A DNA stretch of 64,000 nucleotides, taken from contig CAZFAV010000003.1 in NCBI GenBank assembly GCA_964516995.1, positions 530-64,529 of the forward strand, given 5' to 3'. Positions 55,476-64,000 of this stretch are shown here, in pieces. The notes beneath the pieces are model-generated. The model had not been told where the DNA came from and searched no databases. It worked only from the letters and a program-made list of their open reading frames with translations. The position numbers were made by a program, and so were the translations under genes. Position 1 is the stretch's first letter. Each line of letters begins with the position of its first letter. This stretch comes from an uncultured Candidatus Peribacteria bacterium. Lineage in GTDB: Bacteria; Patescibacteriota; Gracilibacteria; UBA1369; 2-02-FULL-48-14.

Positions 55476-57752
55476 TTATTTAAGCTGAGCCAAAAGGTTT
55501 TCAGCCACTTTTTGCCCAACAACAGTAGAGATCTCCTCCAATGAAGCTGCCTTTATGCGCTCCACAGAACCAAAATGTTTGAGCAGTTTCTGTTTGGTAC
55601 CCTTCCCTACTCCTTTCACCTCGTCTAAAGCGGATGCAGTGAGATATTTTTTTCGGGAGTCCTTTTGAAAAGTAATAGCAAAGCGATGGGCTTCATCTCG
55701 AATGTGTCGGAGCATCAAGAGTGCCTTGGAATCCTTGGGAATAATAAGGGGTAGAGCTTTGCCCGGTACAAACACATCTTCTTCTCGCTTGGCCAAGCCG
55801 ATCATGGGGATATTGAGCCCAAGAGCATCGCGTGCCTTCACAGCCATACCCAGTTGACCTTTTCCTCCATCAATTACAATAAGATCTGGCTTGGATTCAA
55901 AAGAAGAATCGTGGTGTTTAGACGGGTCATATGCCATTAAAACTTCTTTGAGCTCGAGAGAGAACTCCTCGGGGAACTGCTTGACCTCATCAAAACCAAA
56001 ACGGCTATAGAACTCCGCCATGTCCTGCTTACAAGTTAGATAAACACGTTTGGCTTTAAATCGATCGAAAGCGTAGCGCATAAGCCCCTTAGCGATGCCA
56101 TTTTCACGAGCCTTTGGGGTAACGTATAAAGATTTCTGCAAGAAAGTTTTCTCTTTGCCGGCTTGTAGACGAAGCAGACCGATTACTCTTTTATTTTTGA
56201 GCGCTACAGTGTATTCGCCCAACTCACCTGTAAAAGTTTTGTCTCCACGCCACTCTTCCAAAAGTGCCTTAATCCCCTCAACATGAATTTTAGCAGCCTT
56301 ACGAAAATTCACTCCCTTGGGCGCTTTAGCTAAATAAAATAAACGTCGAGTGAGCACCTCGTTCATAGATTTAAAATCATCAATCTCACCCTCAGCGATA
56401 GTCTTGAGGCGGAATTTACGATAATCGGAATTTTTAGGTGTGCCATTTTCAAAAACCACCATGCTGGCTACTGTATCCGTCCCACTCAAATGAGAGTTAT
56501 CGTAACACTCCATGCGCTTGGGAGGTTTTGGCAAATCGAGTAATTTTGCCAGTTCCTCTAGGGCTTCTTCATCACGTGGAGCAAATCCCTCCCATCGTGC
56601 CTTTTGTTGTTTTTGGAAACTGCGCGCATTTTTTTCACCCAATTCCAAAAGCTGGTGTTTGGTCCCACGTTGAGGCACTTTGAGCTCCACTCGATGGTTG
56701 GCTTGATTTCTCAGCCAATCCTCCAAAAATTCCGATTCTTCTAATTGCTGAGCAATTAAAATCGTATTCGGGAAATGAGTCGTTTTTTGATAGTACTGTG
56801 TGAGAAAAGCTTCCATCACATCAGTAGCTTGTTCTTCTTCGCCCGCTTCGTAGCCAAAAGCGTCTACAATAAAATTTTCTTGGTTCACCAATTTCCCATT
56901 TCTCAAAATAAAAAGATTGAAGTAAGCCTTCCCAGCTTCAAGCACAAAAGCGAAGACATCCATACTGTATTGGTCTGGAGAAGTGACGAGTTGGTCAGCA
57001 GACTCATTGAGGTTCTGGAGCGAGAGCAATTTATCACGCAGCTGAGCGGCTTTTTCAAATTTTTTTTCAGATACTGCAATAGCCATTTGTTCTTTGAGCT
57101 CAGTTTCGATCTCTACCGTTTTTCCATCCAAAAAAAGTTCAATCTTACGAATGGATTGAGCATATTCCTCTGCTGAAATCTTGCTAATACAAGGCGCTGC
57201 GCAACGCTTAATATGGTAATCCAAACAAGGATAAGCGATGGTCTTTTTAGTGACGACTGTTTCTCCATTTTTCCACTCTAAGTCCAAGTCACAGCTGCGA
57301 TACATAAAAAGCTTTTGGAGTAGGGTCAAAGTTTTTCGGACCGTATGTGCCGCCGTCTTTGGCCCAAAGTAACGCGCTCCATCTTTATCCACTCTGCGTA
57401 CCACTAGAATACGTGGAAAATCCTCTTTGGTGATTTTGATGTACACAAAGTTCTTATCGTCCTTCATTAGAACATTGTATTTTGGACGGAATTCTTTAAT
57501 GAGATTGGTTTCTAAGAACAGAGCTTCCAAGTCGCTGCTCACTTCAATCCATTCTAAATTTTCAATATTCTCCACCAATTTTTGCGTACGCATGGGGCGA
57601 TTTTTCATCACCCTAAAATAAGAATGTACACGTTTAGAAAGATCCTTGGCCTTGCCCACGTACAAAATGCGCCCTTCTCCATCTTTCATTTTATAAACCC
57701 CCGGGCTGTGAGGCAATTTCTTGAGCAGAGCTTCGATGACGGGTTTAGCCAT
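55476..57752 (-). CDS. uvrC: excinuclease ABC subunit C with an inserted GNAT-like module
   Basis: GIY-YIG (GVYKMKD..ILYVGKAKDL), UVR domain, endonuclease domain (ECYDNSH, IDGGKGQL, DEAHRFA) and a C-terminal (HhH)2. It is about 150 aa longer than usual. See the finding on the insertion. Confidence 0.9.
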   Translation of the reverse strand: MAKPVIEALLKKLPHSPGVYKMKDGEGRILYVGKAKDLSKRVHSYFRVMKNRPMRTQKLVENIENLEWIEVSSDLEALFLETNLIKEFRPKYNVLMKDDKNFVYIKITKEDFPRILVVRRVDKDGARYFGPKTAAHTVRKTLTLLQKLFMYRSCDLDLEWKNGETVVTKKTIAYPCLDYHIKRCAAPCISKISAEEYAQSIRKIELFLDGKTVEIETELKEQMAIAVSEKKFEKAAQLRDKLLSLQNLNESADQLVTSPDQYSMDVFAFVLEAGKAYFNLFILRNGKLVNQENFIVDAFGYEAGEEEQATDVMEAFLTQYYQKTTHFPNTILIAQQLEESEFLEDWLRNQANHRVELKVPQRGTKHQLLELGEKNARSFQKQQKARWEGFAPRDEEALEELAKLLDLPKPPKRMECYDNSHLSGTDTVASMVVFENGTPKNSDYRKFRLKTIAEGEIDDFKSMNEVLTRRLFYLAKAPKGVNFRKAAKIHVEGIKALLEEWRGDKTFTGELGEYTVALKNKRVIGLLRLQAGKEKTFLQKSLYVTPKARENGIAKGLMRYAFDRFKAKRVYLTCKQDMAEFYSRFGFDEVKQFPEEFSLELKEVLMAYDPSKHHDSSFESKPDLIVIDGGKGQLGMAVKARDALGLNIPMIGLAKREEDVFVPGKALPLIIPKDSKALLMLRHIRDEAHRFAITFQKDSRKKYLTASALDEVKGVGKGTKQKLLKHFGSVERIKAASLEEISTVVGQKVAENLLAQLK

Positions 57753-57770
57753 ATCAAAAGCTATGGTAAG

Positions 57771-58682
57771 ATGAAAACTCGAACTATGCAAACCGTCAAA
57801 CAAGCCGTCCTGGCTACTCTCTCCTACTTTGATCTCTTCGGGGTGCCTCTCACTCGAGGTGAACTCTCAGATTACCTTTTAGAAGGGGGGATGGACGAAG
57901 CAAAGATAGATATCTATTTAAAAGAAAGTCCTCTCATTCATTTTCATGAGGGATATTTTAGTTTGAACGGAACTCCCGAGTTTTGGGCAACTTGGAAGAA
58001 AAAACAGGACCTACAAAAAAATTATTTCAAAAAAGTAACTCGCTACCGCTGGTGGCTCAGTCACTCTCCCTTTATTGAGCTCATTGCGGTGTGCAATACC
58101 TTGCCCATAGGAGACGTGCATCCCGGCAGCGACATCGACCTTTTTGTAATCACTAAAAAGAATCGGCTTTTTCTAGCGCGTTGGTGGCTCACCGCCATTA
58201 CCAGCCTTTTAGGAATTCGACGCCATGGGAAGAAAATCGCCAAAAGATTTTGCCTCAGCTTTTACGTGAGTGAAGAAAAGCTCGATTTGTCAGAAATTGC
58301 CCTGCCTATAGACCCATATCTTGCGTATTGGATCAAAACTTTAGAGCCTCTCACCGGTCACTATGCCACCTATGAAAAATTTCTGAGAAGCAACGATTGG
58401 ACTCAAAAATATTTTCCACATTTAAAACCTCGGCGGCGCTACTTTAGAGCTCAGAAAAGTTTCATTAAAAAAATCTTTGAATACTTTTTAGATAAAGAAA
58501 AATACGAGCTAGAAACACGAAACAAACAACTCAGCCGTATTCACCAAAAAGCTCGTTCCTTAGAAGATCGTAGTGGTACTATTGTTTCTGATACGATGCT
58601 AAAATTCCACGATCATGACGCACGAAAAGAGATAGAAAAAGCATGGCGGACTAAGGTCGCCTCATTTACAATGGGAGTGTGA
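57771..58682 (+). CDS. hypothetical protein with a nucleotidyltransferase-fold-like motif
   Basis: GSDIDLFVITKK resembles the Pol-beta NTase G[SG]...DxD signature. The rest is unassigned. The start could be 57771 or 57786. Confidence 0.5.
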   Translation: MKTRTMQTVKQAVLATLSYFDLFGVPLTRGELSDYLLEGGMDEAKIDIYLKESPLIHFHEGYFSLNGTPEFWATWKKKQDLQKNYFKKVTRYRWWLSHSPFIELIAVCNTLPIGDVHPGSDIDLFVITKKNRLFLARWWLTAITSLLGIRRHGKKIAKRFCLSFYVSEEKLDLSEIALPIDPYLAYWIKTLEPLTGHYATYEKFLRSNDWTQKYFPHLKPRRRYFRAQKSFIKKIFEYFLDKEKYELETRNKQLSRIHQKARSLEDRSGTIVSDTMLKFHDHDARKEIEKAWRTKVASFTMGV

Positions 58683-60418
58683 ATTACGGCACCCTCGAAC
58701 TCATCCGCGATCTATGGCAATACATTCGTCCATATAAAGGGAAGTTTTTTGCGGGCACATTACTCCGCCTGAGCAGTGATGTGATTTGGCTCTACCCTCC
58801 TTGGGCCATCAGCCAAATCATCAATTTTGCCATCGATTACACTCCAGGAGCATCGCTTCACACTTTTTGGTTTTACACCATCACCATTTGGATAGCAGGT
58901 CTTTACCACTACTGTACTCACGATGCAGCCAAATATCTCATTTACCAAGTGAGTGAAGCCATGCGTTTGGATGCAATAAAGCAAGCCATCCAACACATTT
59001 TCCGGTTAGACCCCGATTGGCACGAAAAAGAAAATAGTGGGAACAAACTTCAAAAAATCCACAAGGCTGGCGAAAGTTTAGACACACTCATGCGCATGTA
59101 CGTGGATCTTTGTATAGAATCCACTACCAATGTGATTGGGGTCACGATCGTACTGTTTAGTTTGGGGACATGGATGAGCGGATTCATGTTCCTCTTCTTT
59201 CTCACTTATTATCTTTTCTCTAGAAAACTCACTCGAAAATCTTCCAGTAGTTCTTTAGAAGCTAACAAACAGTGGGAAGATTTTGAAGGAATCATGTTCG
59301 AATCAGTGAATAACATTGTCACTATCCGAGCCTTAGGCTTTTGGAACCCCGTCATCAATTGGCTTAAGAGAAAGTCCGTGCAACTTTATGCAGCCATTAA
59401 AAATCGGATTTTTTGGTATCGCACCCGCTCTGTTCTACTCAATTTATGGCGAGAACTTTTCCGTCAAATCATTTTGTTTTACGTGATCATGAATGTTTTT
59501 GCAGGCCAATTGGACGTAGGCGTGATCTCTCTCATCATGCTTTATTTCCTAAAAATAGCGGATTCAGCGGGTGAGCTTTCTGAGGTAGCTTACAATTTTG
59601 AACTCAGTCGTATCGCCATGATGCGCTTTAAAGCCATCCTCAAGAGTGAGCCTACTGCTGAGCTTTCTGGACATAAAGTCTTCCCTGAGAAATGGAAAGA
59701 ATTAACAGTTCAAGACTTAGAGTTTGGTTATGGCGAATCTAAAGTACTCAAAAAACTTTCTTTGAGTATTCGCCGTGGAGAAAAAGTAGGGATTGTAGGA
59801 CTCTCGGGCGCAGGCAAATCAACCCTTTTTAAATTACTACTCAAGCTCTACGATCGCTACGAAGGAAGCATCACTTTTAACGGAGAAGAGCTCAAAGATA
59901 TTAAAAGAGACTCGTATTTAAAGCATTTCTCCTATGTTCCCCAAGAAACTGAACTATTTAATCTTTCTCTAAAAGACAATGTGACGATGGCGTTTGAAAA
60001 GCCCATCAACAAAGAGCTTTTCCAAAGAGCATTAGATGTGGCACACGTGAATGATTTTCTTCATAAACTGCCTCATGGGGTAGAATCGCTTATCGGTGAA
60101 AAAGGAGTAAAACTCTCAGGAGGAGAACGTCAAAGAGTGGGAATCGCTCGCGCCATTTACCGCAATCCAGAACTTTTATTCATGGATGAAGCCACCTCTC
60201 ATTTGGACGTTGAGTCCGAAACTAAAATTCGCCAAGCTCTACATGAATTCTTCAAAAGTGTGACTGCTATAGTAATTGCTCACCGACTCTCTACTCTCAA
60301 GGAAATGGATCGAGTTTTAGTGCTCGAAAAAGGTCGCATCATAGAAGAAGGAACTTTTGAAGAGCTCATCAAAAAGAAGGGGCGTTTCCACGCTCTATGG
60401 GAAAAGCAGGCACTCTAA
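58679..60418 (+). CDS. ABC exporter, fused permease + ATPase (MsbA-like)
   Basis: 6 TM N-terminal half, Walker A GLSGAGKST, signature LSGGERQR, Walker B LLFMDEATS. The GTG start overlaps the upstream TGA (GTGA). Confidence 0.9.
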   Translation: MNYGTLELIRDLWQYIRPYKGKFFAGTLLRLSSDVIWLYPPWAISQIINFAIDYTPGASLHTFWFYTITIWIAGLYHYCTHDAAKYLIYQVSEAMRLDAIKQAIQHIFRLDPDWHEKENSGNKLQKIHKAGESLDTLMRMYVDLCIESTTNVIGVTIVLFSLGTWMSGFMFLFFLTYYLFSRKLTRKSSSSSLEANKQWEDFEGIMFESVNNIVTIRALGFWNPVINWLKRKSVQLYAAIKNRIFWYRTRSVLLNLWRELFRQIILFYVIMNVFAGQLDVGVISLIMLYFLKIADSAGELSEVAYNFELSRIAMMRFKAILKSEPTAELSGHKVFPEKWKELTVQDLEFGYGESKVLKKLSLSIRRGEKVGIVGLSGAGKSTLFKLLLKLYDRYEGSITFNGEELKDIKRDSYLKHFSYVPQETELFNLSLKDNVTMAFEKPINKELFQRALDVAHVNDFLHKLPHGVESLIGEKGVKLSGGERQRVGIARAIYRNPELLFMDEATSHLDVESETKIRQALHEFFKSVTAIVIAHRLSTLKEMDRVLVLEKGRIIEEGTFEELIKKKGRFHALWEKQAL

Positions 60419-60435
60419 AGCCTGGAGACAGCCAT

Positions 60436-61860
60436 TTATTGCTCTTCAAAATCATCAAGCTCCATTTCTTCCATGAGCGCTGCTTTAGCTGTAGCCTCTT
60501 CCTCTCGATCACGGCGGGGGCCTCGATCGCTCGGCTTCCTAAAAATAAAGCGAAGAGGAGTTCCAATAAATCCAAAGCGAGCTCTCAGTTCATTCTCTAG
60601 GTATCGGCCGTAAGAAAAGTGCATGATCTCTGGCCAATTACAGGTAAAAACAAAGGTAGGAGGTTTTACTCCATCTTGCTTCACTCCTAAAATAGCGAAC
60701 TTGTGCTTACCTCTGACTCCTTTGGGTGGATGATGGTCCAGAGCCATTTGCAACCAAACCGCCAAGTCCTGTTTCGGTAAAATTCGATTCCGTTCTGCTT
60801 CAATTTGTAGGGCGATTTCTAAAATATTAAAGATATTACGACGTTCCATCCCAGAGGCAAAAACAACCGGTGCCCATGGCAAGAAGGCCATCTTATCTTT
60901 GAGGGCATGAATAAACATGTGTTCAGCCTGTTCTTTCTTTTCAGGCTCTATCGCATCACTTTTATTGGCCACCAAGATCAAACCTTTTTTTTGTTCCAAA
61001 ATATATTCGCAAACGTGTGCATCTTGATTCATCACGCCTTCAGAAAAATCCACCATCACCACACAAACGTCCGCCTCATCTACCGACTGCATGGTGCGCA
61101 AAATACTATATTTTTCAATACCAGCCTCCACCTTACCTCGTCGGCGCATTCCTGCCGTATCAATGAGAGTAAAAGGATGGCCATCGTAGTCAAAATCAAC
61201 TTCCGTAGCGTCTCGCGTCGTACCCGCTACTTCGGAAACCACAACTCTTTGCTTCCCGAACAAAGCGTTAACCATAGTGGATTTCCCAACATTGGGTCTT
61301 CCAAGGAAGGCAATGCGCAAACGTCCTTCGGACTTTTTTTCTGACTCCACAGAAGTCCCTATTTCCTCCAAAGCCTCTTGCATAGCATCCTCAAGTTCAT
61401 AAACCCCCATGGAGTGCAAGGCCGCTACAGGAACGGGTTCGCCAAATCCCAACTCAAACAGATTATAACGAAGATCTTCAAACTTAGGATTATCACATTT
61501 ATTGGCTACCAAAAGCACTTTTTTCTTTGATTTTCTCAAAATTTCAGCGGCATGGAAATCTTCTGCAGTAAGATCTTCTCGAACATCCACCACAAACAAA
61601 ATAAGATCAGCACCTTCAATGGCCGTTTTAGACTGTTCTTGTACATTGGCTTCCATACTTCCTTGGCTTTTACCCAATTCCAAGCCTCCAGTATCCACCA
61701 TGAGCACCTCAAAGGGACCCACGGGCATTTTTTCGTAGATACGATCTCGAGTAGTCCCGGGCACGCTGGATTCAATCGCTTTTCGTTTACCGAGCAAGCG
61801 GTTGAAAAGCGTAGATTTCCCTACGTTTGGGCGTCCGACAATGGCCACTACTGCTGTCAT
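60436..61860 (-). CDS. der: ribosome-biogenesis GTPase Der (EngA) with an acidic C-terminal tail
   Basis: Two G domains (GRPNVGKSTLFNRL and GRPNVGKSTMVNAL), a KH-like domain, and an acidic tail (EEMELDDFEEQ). Confidence 0.95.
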   Translation of the reverse strand: MTAVVAIVGRPNVGKSTLFNRLLGKRKAIESSVPGTTRDRIYEKMPVGPFEVLMVDTGGLELGKSQGSMEANVQEQSKTAIEGADLILFVVDVREDLTAEDFHAAEILRKSKKKVLLVANKCDNPKFEDLRYNLFELGFGEPVPVAALHSMGVYELEDAMQEALEEIGTSVESEKKSEGRLRIAFLGRPNVGKSTMVNALFGKQRVVVSEVAGTTRDATEVDFDYDGHPFTLIDTAGMRRRGKVEAGIEKYSILRTMQSVDEADVCVVMVDFSEGVMNQDAHVCEYILEQKKGLILVANKSDAIEPEKKEQAEHMFIHALKDKMAFLPWAPVVFASGMERRNIFNILEIALQIEAERNRILPKQDLAVWLQMALDHHPPKGVRGKHKFAILGVKQDGVKPPTFVFTCNWPEIMHFSYGRYLENELRARFGFIGTPLRFIFRKPSDRGPRRDREEEATAKAALMEEMELDDFEEQ

Positions 61861-61964
61861 AGTGCAGGTATCTTACCTGATTTTCTCCTGAACCTCAAGG
61901 AGCTTACTGAACTAGCCTTGCAATTCCCTGCTCCTTTTGAGTTAATGAAGCCATCCACAAGCCC

Positions 61965-62471
61965 ATGTTGAAAAAAGTTTGGCTCTCTCTAGTGCTGTTT
62001 TGCACCCTCTTGGTGAGTGCCCCTCCAGTAGGGGCCATTTCTACGACCGTTTTGCCCAACTTGGATGAAAACAGCACCGATTACCCTTGCGACCCAAGCG
62101 ACCGCACCACTTGGGATTCCTTTTTACAACAGGTCAACGCTGGCTCTTCAGCCTATAAATCGATTGTAGAAAACAATGCACAAGGGGTAGATGCCGTAAA
62201 AGATTTTTTTGCCTGTGCGCTTAAAACCGGCTACGTCAAATTTTGGATGGTTCCTTATTTTGTGATTTACGCGCTGCAATTTGTAATCCAACTCGCTGGC
62301 CTCATTTCCGTAATGATGATTGTGCTCGGAGGCTACTACTACATTGCAGGCGGAATCACCGACGATAAGGAGAAAGGGAAACACATCATCACCTACGCTT
62401 TGGGGGGATTTATTCTAACCCTCACTTCCTGGTTCATTGTGAACCTTATCCTTCTAGCCCTCACCAGCTGA
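61965..62471 (+). CDS. T4SS-pilin-like (TrbC/VirB2-type) membrane protein
   Basis: Signal peptide followed by two C-terminal TM helices flanking IVLGGYYYIAGGITDDKEKGKHIITYALGGFIL. This resembles the pilin family common in CPR genomes, from my recall of the family only. Confidence 0.45.
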   Translation: MLKKVWLSLVLFCTLLVSAPPVGAISTTVLPNLDENSTDYPCDPSDRTTWDSFLQQVNAGSSAYKSIVENNAQGVDAVKDFFACALKTGYVKFWMVPYFVIYALQFVIQLAGLISVMMIVLGGYYYIAGGITDDKEKGKHIITYALGGFILTLTSWFIVNLILLALTS

Positions 62472-62472
62472 T

Positions 62473-63687
62473 ATGGAAAAAAATCTTTCTGGACTCGTTA
62501 AATTTACCACTCAAAATTTTAAGAATTTACGCAAAACACTGCGTGAACTCAAAAAAGAACGAGACGAGCAAATTCGCTTTAAGCCTAAGGTCAGTCGGCA
62601 AGAAGAAACAGATGGCGCAGAGAAAATTATTTTTTATTTCTCACTGAGCAATGTAGCTAAAGCCACTATCGTAGTCATTTCTATGATCGTGCTCAGTCAA
62701 TTTTTAGGTGAAATCGGCCACATACTTTTGATTTTCTTCATTTCCGTACTCTTTGCCTCTGCCCTCAATCCCTCAGTAACAGCCCTCGAAAGATACAAAA
62801 TCCCCAGAGCGCTCAGCGTACTGGTGATGTACTTTATTTTGCTTTTTGTTCTTGGCTACTTCATCTCTCAACTCATTCCGCTGGTAGCCACACAGCTCAT
62901 TGATTTCGCCAAGAGCCTCAACGATGTAGTAGATAAATTCTCTCAAGGGACCGTACATCTGCCTTTTGGAAAAAGCTTAGAACCCATGGTCAACGACTTC
63001 CTCCACCAAATCGACAAAGAAGCCATCATTAACGAGCTTAAGCAAACCTTAGAGACCACGGCTTCTCAATTGGAATCCTTTGCAGGAAACACTTTTGAAG
63101 TGATCAAGACCGTCTTCAATGGAGTACTTAATTTTGTGGTGGTTTTAGTGCTCACTTTCTTCTTGGTGGTGAACGACAGCGATGTAAATGAATTCTTTAT
63201 CTCCCTCTTCCCCTCTAAGCACGGAGCCTATATCGCTGAGAAAATCCATGTCATCCAGACTAAAATTGGGTACTGGCTTCGAGGGCAAATCGAACTCATG
63301 GTGATCATTTTTTTGATCAGTTTAGTGGGACTCATGATCCTGGGCGTGGAGAACGCTCTCACCCTCGCCATGATGATTGGTATTGGTGAGCTTATTCCTG
63401 TGGTAGGTCCTGTACTCGGCAGTATTCCAGCCCTACTGGTGGCCTTCAACGAATCCCCTTGGCTAGCTCTTTGGGTGATCTTGCTGATCATCTTTATTCA
63501 CGAAACCGAAAGCAATGTTCTTGTTCCTTTGGTAATGCGACGCGCAGTAGGCCTCAGTCCCATTATTATTATCGTTGCCATGTTGGTCGGCTTAGAAACC
63601 CTAGGCATCGTGGGGATGATCATGGCGGTTCCTGTTGCCACTTCACTTTCCATCTTTGTGAAGGAGTACGCGGAAAAAGAAAAGTAA
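62473..63687 (+). CDS. AI-2E family (PerM/UPF0118) transporter
   Basis: About 8 TM with the conserved C-terminal IGELIPVVGPVLGSIPA motif. Confidence 0.85.
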   Translation: MEKNLSGLVKFTTQNFKNLRKTLRELKKERDEQIRFKPKVSRQEETDGAEKIIFYFSLSNVAKATIVVISMIVLSQFLGEIGHILLIFFISVLFASALNPSVTALERYKIPRALSVLVMYFILLFVLGYFISQLIPLVATQLIDFAKSLNDVVDKFSQGTVHLPFGKSLEPMVNDFLHQIDKEAIINELKQTLETTASQLESFAGNTFEVIKTVFNGVLNFVVVLVLTFFLVVNDSDVNEFFISLFPSKHGAYIAEKIHVIQTKIGYWLRGQIELMVIIFLISLVGLMILGVENALTLAMMIGIGELIPVVGPVLGSIPALLVAFNESPWLALWVILLIIFIHETESNVLVPLVMRRAVGLSPIIIIVAMLVGLETLGIVGMIMAVPVATSLSIFVKEYAEKEK

Positions 63688-64000
63688 AGTCCGCTCTGCT
63701 GCTTTCTCCCAAGTATAAATACCTCTCGGCTCAGGGATAATACCACCGCGGTGTAAAGCCGTGTACAAAGCGCTTTTTAGATCGTTTTGACCTTGAACAT
63801 AAGTTGCATTTTTATAGAGTTCTCGATGCACCGCAATGTCCGATAAAATCACTGGAGTTTTAGTGTGGATCGCTTCTAAAACGGGCAAATCAAAACCCTC
63901 ATAGCGGCTCAGAGCCAAAAGCACTTTTGCCTTCTTGAGCAGCCATTTCTTTTCGGGCTCTGTGACTTTTCCCAAATAAATTAAATTAGGAAGAGTGGGT
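63643..64000 (-). CDS. family 1 glycosyltransferase, C-terminal part (5' end outside the window)
   Basis: LGKVTEPEKKWLLKKAKVLLALSRYEGFDLPVLEAIHTKTPVILSD is the GT-B EX7E region. The frame is open to base 64000. Confidence 0.65.
   Translation of the reverse strand, partial: PTLPNLIYLGKVTEPEKKWLLKKAKVLLALSRYEGFDLPVLEAIHTKTPVILSDIAVHRELYKNATYVQGQNDLKSALYTALHRGGIIPEPRGIYTWEKAAERTLLFFFRVLLHKDGK

Overview
This 64 kb window is densely packed. It holds about 60 protein genes, a 23S-5S rRNA unit with no 16S, and five tRNAs that all encode their CCA ends. I saw no transposase, integrase, CRISPR array or prophage.

**Housekeeping genes.** Most genes are recognisable: pgk, ribH/ribE, ssb, fmt, lepB, gatB, recG, tyrS, a rluD-like gene, htrA, glyA, lepA, rplU, pth, obg, uvrC and der.

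**Likely source (inference).** The housekeeping genes are interleaved with membrane, secreted and orphan proteins. Other pointers are:
- a PrgI-like gene, a VirB4 N-domain-like gene and a T4SS-pilin-like gene;
- a sigma region-4 plus HARE-HTH protein;
- a bacterial Elp3;
- an unlinked rRNA unit;
- very short intergenic spacers and weak Shine-Dalgarno signals.
Together these suggest a small-genome, Patescibacteria/CPR-like bacterium using the standard code, since TGA, TAA and TAG all end conserved genes.

**Items most worth follow-up.**
1. A GNAT acetyltransferase module inserted inside the UvrC endonuclease domain.
2. A CxxC...CxxC zinc-ribbon insertion of lower GC inside the TyrRS catalytic core.
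3. A degenerate type IV secretion-like remnant: PrgI, then a VirB4 N-domain only, then a single in-frame TAG followed by an orphan 461 aa ORF that abuts the 5S rRNA.
4. A monocistronic orphan membrane protein of about 1,330 aa carrying a perfect in-frame 27 bp tandem duplication.
5. A 23S-5S unit with its own consensus promoter, a terminator-like hairpin in its leader, and no 16S anywhere in the window.
6. A GC-elevated, hairpin-rich, unassigned stretch of about 335 nt next to tRNA-Val that may be a structured RNA.

All protein family calls come from reading motifs in the supplied translations. No database search was run.
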